From NCBI RefSeq assembly GCF_009914755.1, contig NC_060931.1: a DNA stretch of 64,000 nucleotides. One strand, written 5' to 3'. The translations under genes were made by a program, and so were the position numbers. Each line of letters opens with the position of its first letter. Within the stretch, counting starts at the first letter, position 1. Positions 16,653 through 29,253 of the stretch are shown here, piece by piece. The notes under the pieces are model-generated. The model did no database searches and was not told the origin of the DNA. It saw only the letters and a program-made list of their open reading frames with translations. The DNA is from the human T2T-CHM13v2.0 reference genome, Homo sapiens.

Positions 16653-17246
16653 CGTGGCGAGCAGCCTTGAAGAAGGTCCTTAATGACTCCACCTCCTTAA
16701 TGACCCCACTTCCTGGCAAATGGCCAATTATTCCATATCATAGTAACATTATGGAAGCTAAAAAAGAAAGATATTAAAAGAGAGTGTGAACTGAATTCAG
16801 TGACTCACTTATGAATAGAACACGCTGGAAGTGATGAGATGTTGCTTTCATGATGAGGTTACAAAATACCCAGGCTTCTGCCTCAGGAGGCCTCTGTCTT
16901 GCACGCATGAGTGGATGGTGGCGGTTGCCATGTGGGGAGGCCCATGTGGCATGCCTTGGGAGGCCCATGTTGGGGGAACTGGGACAGCCATCTAGGAACC
17001 GAATCCTGCTGAAAATTACTTGAGTGAGGTCAGAAGCAGATGTTCCCCCATTCCAGTTTTCAGATGATCCTGCAGCCCCTGTTGAAACCTTGACTGTAGG
17101 TTTGCAAGAGACCTTGAGCAGAGGCACCCAGCTCATAGAACTCCCGGGTTCCTGACTGACCTACAGAAACTGTGGATTAAATGCTTTTTGTTATAAGGAA
17201 CAAAGTTTTTGGGTAATTTGTTATGCAGCAAGAGAACATTAATACA
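16653..17246 (+). mobile_element. MLT1E/F-like LTR
   Basis: taatgaccccacttcctgg...gtgatgagatgttgctttcatgatgaggttacaaaa...ccatgtggggaggcccatgtggca...gggtaatttgttatgcagcaa...aataca. Confidence 0.75.
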
Positions 17247-19846
17247 GTACATTATCCTTCATGCTCTAATTTATCTAATAAATTCAAGGACTTGGAAAAT
17301 TCATCAATTTATTCACTGAACAAGGCAAATTGTGTAGCGTGTACCATACGCTATGTGAAAGTGAGATAAGACGGTCCCTCCCTCAGAGGCCTTATGTTGT
17401 AATGGGAAAGACGACCTACAAGGACTTTTTGGGAAACTTCTTCCTGACTTGACCTCACCCAATCTGGCTTGATTCCACTTCCCAAAATGCAAACTGGGTC
17501 CCTTCCCACTTTATCTCTCAAACATGGGTGCTCTCTGTGTGATGTATCTAACTTCCCAATGTGGGATTGGGTTTTAGGTTTTGAAATCCAGGGTCAAGAC
17601 TTCAGAGACAAAGGGTCTATTCCTGGTCCTGAGATGCTGTGAAGCCACATGGCCAAGCAGGATTTTCAGCTACAAAGTGTCAGGTTTGCTTGGTATCCAT
17701 TGAGAACTCTGAAAGGATTAATGAGAATAATGTGAAGACTCACAACATGATTCAGAAGAAAAATGCAGCATGACAAGTATTCTTATGTTCAAAGGTAACC
17801 TATTTTTTCTTAAAATATACCACAGGGACATAAACTTTTGAAAAAAGTGTATTTTTGATCTTTTTTTTTTTTTTACTGTAATGAGACTGGTGAACAGCTA
17901 GCAAAAATCCAGGATACATAACTTTTTCATCATGATGCCATGGTGTCTCAAGCCCTATTCAAAACTCATCTCCATCACACATTGAGCTAATGATTTGGGG
18001 CCAGTCTTTTGACCTAAACGTTTGAGCCTTAGTTTCCGCATCTGTGAAGTAGACATAGTAATCCCTGCCATGTCACACCACAGGGTTTTTCAGTGGCCCC
18101 CAGCACTTGGCACCAGAGCACCTCCTCCACAAACAGATGAGGGATGCTGTGGACCAGGAAGGTGTGGGAACCAAGCTTGACAAGCAGCTTAAAGTCTGTT
18201 GGGAATCTCTTGCTTTAGAGCACACATTACTGCAGAATTTGCTTTCTAGCCTGTGTACAATATAGTTAGTACAGCTATTTCCCTACTTTGGGGAAAAAAT
18301 TGGTATCTTAAGAAGATGTGTGATAACCCCAAGTCACCCTAAATCTCAGTGCAGCAGCACATGGGCACCTGCTCATTTTGCTCTGTCAAAGTCCAGTGAA
18401 CACTGCCAAGTGTACTGGGCAGCTCTTTGTAGTTGCCAGCCACGCTGTCCAGCCTCCTTCCACTTCACATGCCTCTGTGTCAACATATTTCTCTAGCAGG
18501 GATAAATCAAGTTAATAAGGTGAGTACCAGGATTAAATGCTTCTATATAGAAGGGAGACACATCACTTCTGCTCCTGTTTCATTGGCCAAAGCAGGTCTC
18601 ATGTCTACTCAACATCAAGTAAATGAGCAGAAGGTCCAAGAATTAGTGACGGACTGAATTTGGTCAGTGAAAGAAATGCCCACCACATGCATCTGGATCC
18701 TCCCCCCTTCCTCTGAAATCTCTGTATGAAGGTTCAAGCAGAGTTCATTACCAAAACAAATGCAATCAGATTTATGGCCAAACAGGATATCCAGACCTGG
18801 TTTCTCCTTAACACATAAAGCATTTGCTGCTGGTATGAAAGTGCCTGTCCTACTCACCTCCCTTTGTTTAGACCCCACTGCCTTTGCATCCATTTCTAGT
18901 CCCTCCTAGAATGCTCTTTATGCTCCCCAGGAGTCACAATGGACCGTTAAGCCAAAGCGGAGAAGATGTGCTGTCCTTGCCTCTCACCGTTGAAGCCTGG
19001 GATGGGGAGTCTTCACATCCTTAGACTGGGGTACCTTCTGAACAAAAACTCACCAGAATGCCAGAACCACTCTGTACTATGATGCAGACATCTCCTTGTT
19101 GGGGAGTAAGGATGGAAAGAAAAGCACAAAGGAAGAGCAAAAGGAACCATCTATGTGCCCTGGCATTCACTTTAAGGGAAAATAAGGTATAAGTGAATGC
19201 ATTTCCTCAAATTTCATTTATCATTTTATATGTTAATATGATTGTTAGTTGAACAAGGTCACTCTGTCTGTGAGCAAAGTACCATAATGAATCCTGGTAA
19301 AACAGTGAGGTTGACACTATCCCATGCCCTCTGGCTCTTGCTTGGGGCTCTCCAACTGCATTTTAAAACTTCTATAAAATCCTACTTATAGATGCCCTCC
19401 TGTAGCTTTTCCATGCACTGGACCTTGTACTGGTTAGACTCATCAGGGTTCAGTGAGGGACCCATGCAGAAATACCTCGGCAATGGGCAGATATATAGAC
19501 GTGAAGAAATGTCTTTCAGCTATAGTAACTCCAAGACTGAAATTTACAGCAAGTCTTACACAAAACAAGGTCAGTAACTCTGCATCTTCGGTATATAGTG
19601 TGGTTACTAGACCTCTCCTGTCTTTGGTTACTCACCATTTAAACTCCCTCAGACATTAGATTAATAAATAGATCAAAATTGATATCAGTAAGGAAACTAT
19701 AGAGCTCCAGCAAAGTTCTATATGACAAAAGGAAACATATAGGATAAAAAGGAAAAGTGATTAATAAATGTATTAAAATTTAAACCTGCTAATATTCAAA
19801 TAATTAAAACTATAACCACAGCATACATGTTTATCAAAATGGCATT

Positions 19847-20177
19847 TTCTTTTTTTTTTTTCCTTTCTTTCTTTCTTTCTTTTTTTTTTTTTGAGACAGA
19901 GTCTTGCTTAATCTGTCACCCAGCCTGGAGTGTAGTGACACGATCTCAGCTCACTGCAACCTCTGCCTTATGGGTTCAAGCAATTCTCCACCTCAGCCTC
20001 CCAAGTCGCTGAGATTACAGGCATGTGCCATCATGCCTGGCTAATTTTTGTATTTTTAGTGGAGACGGGGTTTTGCATGTTGGCCAGGCTGGTTTTGAAT
20101 TCCTGACCTCAAGCAATTCACCCACCTTGGCCTCCCAAGCTGCTAGGATTACAGGCATGAGCCTCCATGCCCAGCCG
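19847..20177 (-). mobile_element. AluS (Sx/Sz-like)
   Basis: Alu dimer with (TTTC)n tail; TSD-like caaaatggcatt / caaaatagtcatt. Confidence 0.88.
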
Positions 20178-21104
20178 CAAAATAGTCATTAGTAGCTCAG
20201 ATGGGAGAGGGTAAGGGTTAAATTAGAGTAGTAACCTTTGTCTGAGTCACACGCATTGTGTAAGAGAGAGAAGAGTAAAGCTCCTCTTGTATGTGTATGA
20301 GACGAGGTCACAGAGGTCCTGTGAATAAAATCTTCCGAAGTCCCTCCCTCATGGAGTGTCCTGGTTGTGTAGTGGGAGGGGCACCATGATTGAGTCCCTT
20401 GTTGGCTAACTCCTAGAGCCATTGGTCTCTAACCATATTTCACTAGACTGTAAATTCTACTCCAGGACATACATTGATCTTATAAATTTGGCATTCCCTG
20501 TGCATAATTCAGAGTCTGCCACATAGTAGGGATGTCTGTGAATACCAATGGAGAAGTTTATTATCTTCACAAGCAGTGTGATTCTTCATGAGGCCCAAAA
20601 TCTGCCTACATGGAGGTGAAATGTAAATTTCTGTAATTAGTGTTAACCAGTCTGGGACACATGTTGTTGCCACAATGTCTACCACAGGCTGCCCTCACCC
20701 TCTTTCTCCCTTGGCTGTCCTCCTCTGTGAAGGTGAGCAAAGCCAGACAGCAATCTCCTTGCAACTGATGAGGAGAGATGAGGCAAATGATTGGCAAGGG
20801 AGTCTTCTGGGGTGGAGCGGAGTTTGGAGTTCCTCCAAAGATTCTTTCTTGCAAAAAAAAAAAAGCAGCAGCAGCCCAGGGAAGAACACTTCTGTCCTGC
20901 ACTCTTCCTAGTCTCCTGTCTTTGAATGTGATTGTGGACATGAAGCCCAAATTTATGGAAAGACTTGGTAATCATAAATGCTCATATCACCTAAATGCCA
21001 ACCCAGAGCACAGGCCATCAAACAGCAGCAGCTACCTTCTCATAGATGTCTTGCTATAGGAGAGCAGTAATGCCATTTTTGATCAGGCATTCTGATACTT
21101 GTAA

Positions 21105-21686
<582 letters not shown>

Positions 21687-21747
21687 CTCTGTTTCTTTTA
21701 ACACTTTATTTAAATGCTGTGAACTCTCAGTTCAAAATGCTTTAGTA

Positions 21748-22065
21748 CAGGGGTCCCCAGTTCCTGGGACACAGACCAGTACTGCTTAAGAACCAGGCCA
21801 CACAGGTGAGTGGCTGGTGAGTGAGCATTATCGCTTGAGCTCTACCTCCTGTCAGATCAGTGGCAGCATTAGATTCCCATAGGAGCAGGAACCCTATTGT
21901 GAACTGTGCATGCGAGGGATCTAGGTTGCCTGAGCCTTATGAGAATCTAATGCCTGATGATATGAAGTGGAACAGTTTCATCCCAAACTACTCCCCTACC
22001 CTGTCCATGGAAAAATCATCTTCCATGAAACTGGTCCTTGGTGCCAGAAAGTTTGGCAACTGCTA
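21748..22065 (+). mobile_element. MER1B (hAT-Charlie) DNA transposon
   Basis: caggggtcccca...cctgtcagatcagtggcagcattagattc...ccatgaaactggtccttggtgcc; perfect 8-bp TSD ctttagta (21740-21747 and 22066-22073). Confidence 0.88.
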
Positions 22066-22197
22066 CTTTAGTAGAACCAGAATAAGACATATCAGTTCAT
22101 TTTTGTTTCTACTCACCTGACATTTGTTTATTGAATACATGCTTCTTACCCAGCTCTATGCTAAGAGCTACTTTACTTAGCCTTCCTAACAAGCTTT

Positions 22198-22931
<734 letters not shown>

Positions 22932-23119
22932 GACTGTGGAGGCAGGTGTCCCCTGTGAGGATTTCAAAAGCACTAGGAATGACGGATGAATTTTCCAACT
23001 TTGCTGTGATTTTACTGACAAGTGAATTTTCAAAGGCTTGTCTGGTATCTGCTTTGCAGATTTTCCCTTTGCTTTTTTATTTTTTATTTATTTATTATTT
23101 TTTTGGGGGGGTTAATACT

Positions 23120-23125
23120 TTTAAT
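23120..23125 (-). terminator. Polyadenylation signal ATTAAA of the retrocopied mRNA
   Basis: Lies about 15 nt upstream of the retrocopy poly(A) tail. Confidence 0.7.
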
Positions 23126-26100
23126 TACATGATTGTAATTATACAATTTCCACTATTCGATGTTTTGTATAAAACCAGTTACAACCCACAAGATTTTCAA
23201 ACGTGACAATATGTATCAAACTACACACATACGCAAAGTTTACAGGCCATTAGGAAGCTTTATCTTAAAAATACCTTCAGGAAAATAAACATTCATTCAA
23301 CCAGTTCTCTTGGCTTTAAAAAATATGATTAGAAATATACACTGTAAAAAAAAATCAAGACAATGATTGATCAATACTGATCAGTTACATTTTAAAACTT
23401 TTAATCTGTACATGAGTGCAGGTTAGATAAAAGTCTGCAAATTGTTAATAGAAAACTGCAGTACTATCACCGGATGAACATGTCTGTTGACAATTTTACC
23501 AGGTAATTAAGGAGGTAATTTCCTACACGGTATAGGTGAATTGTCCAGTCTTTAAACACATCCGGAGTCATCTCTACTCAGTGACGAGGAGAATACCCTG
23601 ATGTGGGGAAATGGAAGAACAGCAGCTAGCCTCTCCAGGGCAGTGTCAGCGGGAGAGAACATTTAAAGGAACAATAAAATAGGTCTTAAAAGTTGCTTGT
23701 GATGAGCACTGCTTTCCAAAATGCAATAATGATTTTTTTTTAAATGTAGAAAGAGAAGCTATGTTAACAACAGACATCCAATGACTGCACTGCTTCTGTG
23801 GCTCAGATGGTGACTGGGAAAAGGGAGGGCTCCAGGAGAGCCCTCAGGCCATGCACAAGCCCAGGACATCCGGCCCAGCCCCAGCGAGCACACTGGCCTC
23901 GAGCACACTGGCCTCATGACAATGCTTGGGAACTCCTCTAAAACTTGCCTAGGCCCAAGAAAAGAGAGAGGTAGCAATCACCCCTGTGAGAGGGCTAGAG
24001 GGGAGGGGAGGAAGTAGGTAGGGGACAGGCTAGGGGCATCAAGGTCAGAACGGGGAAATCCTGGAGGCCGGCAGACCCGCGTGCTGCCGGGAAGCACTGG
24101 CCACGCCAGGCCATTCTGCTCTCATGAGGAGCTGCTCTCCACCAAGTTCTACAAAAAGCCACGTCCGTCCCTACTTCCAGGAACCCAGTTTTGCAGATAC
24201 TCTTCCTCCAGACTGTCATTGACTCTTGATAATTTTGAGTCCCCAGAAAGCTTCAAGGGCACCTAAAAATATTCACTTCTAATTTTAATTCCATCGCAAA
24301 CTGTCCCGGTGTACTTTCAGGGCTATTTAAGGCTCTTAAGGGAATCTATCTGACAGACACAGTTTCATGTTCCATAGCAACAAGGTCTTCTATAACAAGG
24401 ACTCTAATCCCAGAAGATTCTGGGTGTTTGTGGTTTTAGTTGGGGGTGAGGGGAAGAGTCCACTCTCATTCATAGCAGGAAGAACTTTCCATCCCTCAGA
24501 CCCAGAGACTTCTTGGATTCTAGAGATGGTCCCCATAAGTCTAGAGACGGTCCCCGTAAGTGTAACACTGTTGCTATGCACACCATCCCAAGTCATTTGA
24601 TTATTACAAGGAATGTTTCTTCACCAAATCACAAATTTTCTATGACTAATTTCAGTGAGCCAGTTAAACAGAAGGATTTTTAGAAAGAGTCACAGTGATA
24701 GCAATTCTAGGTGGAAACTTGAGCAGGCAACATGAAGAGGCAGTTTATAAAATGAAAAAGGACTGTTGTTCCGCCAACACCCTTCCTTTTCTCAGACAAA
24801 ACACCAGGAGGCTTGTTCACCGTGAGGGAGACAGTACTCACAAAAGCTGTGGCACCCACATTTACTTGTTCTGATGGGATGAAAAGCCAAACTAAGAAGG
24901 AATCAGATGGAAGCACAATTTTCACAACTACCTGGATTACTATTTATGAAGGGGATGGCCTTAAAACGGGTAAGGGGAAGAAGAAGTGCCCTGAGAATTC
25001 AATGCTTTATGCATGGCACAGTTTAAATATTTATATTGTCTCAGCTTAAAATAGCAAAAGTAATGTTCCTCCTCCCACCAAAATCTTATTGAAGAGTGGT
25101 CTTCCCACAGCCAAGTGGGTCTTTGTGCCTATTCATTTCCAGGGACAGAAAACCACTGTTTTTCTGTGATCCAGTCCCCAGTGTTTAAAAGCTAGCCTGA
25201 CCCCACCACATAGTGCTTGGCAGGGAAAGAGTCACTTGTTTGGCTGAGAATACGGCATCTTCCGTCTCTCGTGATGCCGGTCAGTTTCATGCTTTCTTCC
25301 AAGAAAGTACACCAAAATGGAGGCACTGCCTTTCAATTACCTTTTGCATTAAAGACTTTAACTTGTTTATTCCAACTGCTTTGATTTCTTACAGTTTTGT
25401 GAAAAAGGCAGCTTCTTAAAATGGAGTTGCCTCCTGATCTGGCGCACGCCTTGTGACTTAGGAGGGCATTTGTTTCCCACTGCCTGTCAACATCTCAGCC
25501 CTCCATGCTCCCAGCACAGGCAAAAATGGGTTTACAATCATTAAACCACCCACCTCTTATGGAAGGAACTGAGGTGAGTACTAAATATTCTTTTATTTTG
25601 GGCCCCCCCTTTTTTTTTTTTTTTAGCAGCAAAACAATTCTGTTTCTCTAATTTCTTCATGGCACAGACTCTGCTGTGTTCCAGTAGGGTTGCGGGAGAA
25701 GGCACTCTGCAGAGTTACTAGTTGTGTTCCCTAGCCAAAGGCAGCAGTGAGATTCAGAAGCAGATCATTGTTACTGAGATCACAGGCCTTATCAATGGAC
25801 TTAGGCTGATCTCATAAGGAAAAAAAAATCCAATGTTACAGAGAAGGACTCTAAAAAAGCGGTAACTTTTTTTTTTAAAGCCGACATTATTTGAGATTGC
25901 TGTTTCCAAGGCGAAAAACCAATAGTGTGTTTTTTCCATGCATGGAAGGAAATATGATTTTAATTTGTATGACTGGCAACCAAACAATGGGCAACCTCCC
26001 AGTTCTTCAGTCCCTAAAGGACAGAAAAAGGAATGACTTGCAACATCTTCCAACTCTGAAGTCAGTTTCTCCTCCTGAGTCTTCTAAAGCTACCATTAAT

Positions 26101-26579
26101 ATTCTCTTGCAAGTTTTAGGTTACCAAGGTATCACCTGATATTACAACATGCAACAGTGTTTAAATGTGGTTTTCACAGATTCTTGTTAATAAAGCACTC
26201 TTTGGTGGAAGACAAGCAGCTTGGGTACTTATCAGAGTTAATATTACTACAGTATTACAAACAGTCAAGTGAAGATGATAAAGCCAAATAGTATCAAATT
26301 ACAGAAAGTACCATTTCAGTAATGCCTTTTGTATCTTTACAAATTTTGACACAGGGTTGCAAGCTGAACAGAAAATAAATACATAAAAAACCTCCATCAG
26401 ATCCTCAATTCTTCTGAAGGCCAGCAACTACAATGCTTGCCATCACAAGGACACACATGCACCACAGACCAGCCAGCTCCCTGGGTACCAGAGGGCTTGG
26501 GTATTTACACCTGAGACTAAATTTACAACAGCATTTTTGTCATTCAGCTTGAGAGCTGGGCCTTTCTTTGAGTCATTCT

Positions 26580-27096
26580 TTTTGGGAGCAAGCCCCCAAA
26601 ATCCAGCCATAAACTGGCCCCAAAACTGGCCATAAACAAAATCTCTGCAGCACTGTAACATGTTCATAATGGCCCTAATGCCCACGCTGGAAGGGTGTGG
26701 GTTTACCGGAATGAGGGCAAGGAACACCTGGCCCACCCAGCCCAGAGTGGAAAACTGCTTAAAGGCATTCTTAAGCCACAAACAATAGCATGAGCGATCT
26801 GTGCCTTAAGGACGTGCTCCTGCCGCAGTTAACTAGCCCAACCTATGCCTTTAATTAGGCCCATCCCTTCGTTTCCCATAAGGGATACTTTTAGTTTATT
26901 TAATATCTATAGAAACAATGCTAATGACTGGTTTGCTGTTAATCAATATGTGGGTAAATCTCTGTTCGGGGCTCTCAGCTCTGAAGGCTGTGAGACCCCT
27001 GATTTCCCACTTTACACCTCTGTATTTCTGTGTGTGTGTCTTTAATTCCTCTAGCACCACTGGGTTAGGGTCTCCCTGACTGAGCTGGTCTTGGTA
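26580..27096 (+). mobile_element. MER9a solo LTR (HERV-K HML-3/HERVK9) inside the retrocopy 3' UTR
   Basis: ttgggagcaagcccccaaaatccagccataaactggccccaaaactggccataaacaaaatctctgcagcac...gggttagggtctccctgactgagctggtcttggta. Eroded TSD cattct/catttg. Confidence 0.85.
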
Positions 27097-27374
27097 CATT
27101 TGCTTGCACCCAAACTCAAAAGTTCATTACTGAAACCCCAGTGGACATTTTCTCCATTGATTAGCTTCTTAGGTGGAAAGCAACTAAGTCTTTTGCAATT
27201 TTGTTTTGTTTTCAAATTGTGCTAATTTCTGTTGCAGTTTTCAGTTCCTAGAGTCTTCCTTCAGTTCTGGTCACAGGTTTTTACTTAATGCAAAACAGTT
27301 TTAGTCCTTGAAATGGAGAGAAGCAGCTATCTGTCAGGGGGTCCTGATGGCTACTATGTTCTGAAATCTTCGAG

Positions 27375-28241
27375 TCAGGATAGCAGGATGGGAAGAATGT
27401 AGTCACAAACAATCCACCAGATGACAACACTACACAGTGTAAAGGTCAGCACAGCCAGGGGAGATGGGAGAAGAATATCGTTTGTTTTTGATTGTCTTTG
27501 CCTTTTCAGGGCCCGACTTCTATCACCTTGTGTCACTCCATTGATTTCGTCGTCATCACCGTAAGGTTTGGGTTCTTGCTGGTCTTGATTCTCGACCCCA
27601 TTTATGGAAATGTCATCAACACCAGAGAGAAGTTTGGAGAAGGCTGCTCTGTGTTGTCCATTCTCCTGCCCCTTTAACTTCTGACGAAAATAGTCCCCTT
27701 CCAGCCAGAGGCTTGTTTGCTTCATCACCAAAAACTGCTGCTGAGGCCCGATCACCAAGCCAGGTCTGCAGATCCTTACCCACGCAATGGTCTCGGCTGC
27801 TGTCATCCTGTAATGCTTCATGATGTAGCAGGCTATCAGAGTGCCCGTGCGACCAAGGCCAGCTTTACAATGTACTGCAATGGCACCCTCAGCATTTTCA
27901 CAGATATCCAGAAATCTTTTGACAATGGCATCAGTAGGGGTGCTGCCATCTGCAAAGAAAAGATCGTGGTGATCGAAGCCAGCATCCGTAAAGCGTTTGG
28001 CATCATATATCCTTTTATTCAGACGAATAATGGTAGTAACATTGTGATTCTTAAAATATTGAATATAAGTCTCGGGAGAATGTTGGTGGTAACCACTTTC
28101 AAGTCTGGCTCTTGAATGAGGTCCACAGAAGGCAATAAATCGGTCTGGTATTAGCCAATTTAAATCTCCGTTTTCTGCTTTTTCATAGTGTTCATATTCA
28201 TCAAGGTTAAATGAGTTGAAATTAAGGAAGCCATACTGCAT
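27375..28241 (-). CDS. Residual open frame (288 aa from ATG 28241): Cdc14 catalytic domain plus hydrophobic C-terminal tail; translation unproven
   Basis: Uninterrupted frame with the FFADG general-acid loop, CX5R motif HCKAGLGRT (27846-27872) and tail [27 protein letters not shown]. Confidence 0.3.
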   Translation of the reverse strand: MQYGFLNFNSFNLDEYEHYEKAENGDLNWLIPDRFIAFCGPHSRARLESGYHQHSPETYIQYFKNHNVTTIIRLNKRIYDAKRFTDAGFDHHDLFFADGSTPTDAIVKRFLDICENAEGAIAVHCKAGLGRTGTLIACYIMKHYRMTAAETIAWVRICRPGLVIGPQQQFLVMKQTSLWLEGDYFRQKLKGQENGQHRAAFSKLLSGVDDISINGVENQDQQEPKPYGDDDEINGVTQGDRSRALKRQRQSKTNDILLPSPLAVLTFTLCSVVIWWIVCDYILPILLS

Positions 28242-28266
28242 TGCCTTCTTTACTGCATGAAAACAG

Positions 28267-28497
28267 GACACAGGAAGGGGAACGTCACACTCTGGGGACT
28301 GTTGTGGGGTGGAGGGAGGGGGGAGAGAGAGCACTGGGAGATATACCTAATGCTAGATGACAAGTTAGTGGGTGCAGCGCACCAGCATGGCACATGTATA
28401 CATATGTAACTAACCTGCACAATGTGCACATGTACCCTAAAACTTAAAGTATAATAATAAAAGAAAAAAATATTTAAAAAAAGAAAAAGAAAATAAA
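28267..28497 (+). mobile_element. 5'-truncated L1 3' end (L1PA2-like), antisense to and inside the CDC14C CDS
   Basis: gacacaggaaggggaac...gctagatgacaagttagtgggtgcagcgcaccagcatggc...cacaatgtgcacatgtaccctaaaacttaaagtataat plus an A-rich tail. Lacks the L1HS-Ta diagnostic ACA and 3' G. Confidence 0.93.
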
Positions 28498-28864
28498 AAG
28501 AAGTGTAATGTACAAATTGCAGCTTCCATAGGCAGCATCTCTGAAAGGAATATAGGATGTATCTCCAAAGATTAATATTCTATATGCTGCTTCTGGGGTT
28601 CTCCCCAAGTATATAACCATGTAGCATCCAACAAGGAAGGCAGCATTTGCTTGTTTTCTCTGATCAGAGCCAGTAAAATGAACAATTTTCTTCCTTAACA
28701 TTGTAATGGACTTTAATTTCTTATTTATCTTGCAACAATATCTGTAAACCATTTGCCAGATTGAGTGGTCCAAAGTCTTCGGAGAAGTTCTCATATTCGA
28801 GTTCATTATCTATGCTGAAATAATGTACATTTGATGCACTCTTTGGTCTGCTGTAGAGAATGGC

Positions 28865-29253
28865 AAAACGAAGGCGATCGGTGATGTCCAGGTACACGTC
28901 GTCCTGGGGGTCCCAGCGGCGCGGGTCCTGCAGCGTGGAGCTGCGCATCTTCTTCACACCCTGCAAGGTCAAAGAGCAGCGCTGCGAGCAGAGGGGCGCG
29001 GCGGCCCAGCTCGACCGCCGCTTGCTTTTCCGCTTCCTGGAGGCGGCCGCAGCCGGTCAGGGAGCAACGACCACGGCCCCGCGCGCGCCCGCCGAGGCTC
29101 GCGCCAGCGCCGCGCGGCCTCTCAGGACGGCGGGCACAGAGCGGCCTTGCGGGGATGGCCGGAGCCAGCGGAGCCCGGAAGGAGGCGGTGGTGCAGGAGC
29201 CAGAGGAGGGGCCTGGCCCACAGCGCCTGCCCCGCTCCCTCCCGCAACCGCCC
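28865..29253. promoter_or_regulatory. CpG island carried in with the retrocopy 5' end
   Basis: About 48 CpGs in ~390 bp by manual count and very GC-rich, against CpG-depleted flanks. Confidence 0.75.

Larger units (their letters stand above)
27375..28948 (-). pseudogene. CDC14C: Disrupted CDC14C coding region (dual-specificity phosphatase)
   Basis: Reads [24 protein letters not shown]...FGPLNLA (28948-28755), an extra A at 28752-28754, then [12 protein letters not shown]...NLYITLL (28753-28498). L1 insertion at 28267-28497, then [12 protein letters not shown]...HCKAGLGRT...ILPILLS* (28266-27375). Confidence 0.93.
23079..29253 (-). pseudogene. CDC14C: Full-length processed retrocopy of CDC14B mRNA (CDC14C/CDC14Bretro), ORF disrupted in this genome
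   Basis: Intronless Cdc14 phosphatase sequence spread over three ORF pieces. GC-rich 5' UTR reaches 29253 and a long 3' UTR follows. ATTAAA signal (plus-strand tttaat 23120-23125), degenerate poly(A) tail (plus-strand T-rich ~23079-23104). Flanked by direct repeat tccctttgctttttt at 23064-23078 and 29254-29268. Confidence 0.95.

Noticed and set aside
25610-25624. T15 run as a possible end of the retrocopy
   Set aside because: No matching TSD here; the true TSD and poly(A) signal lie at ~23064-23125, so this is an internal A run.
27717-28115. 132-aa plus-strand ORF
   Set aside because: Antisense shadow of the CDC14 coding sequence.
28253-28414. Cryptic minus-strand intron (CAG|GTTAGT donor in the L1; TTCCTGTGTCCTGTTTTCATGCAG acceptor) that might splice out the L1
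   Set aside because: Removing 162 nt leaves the L1 tail with an in-frame TAA at 28474, does not restore the frame, and the upstream frameshift remains.
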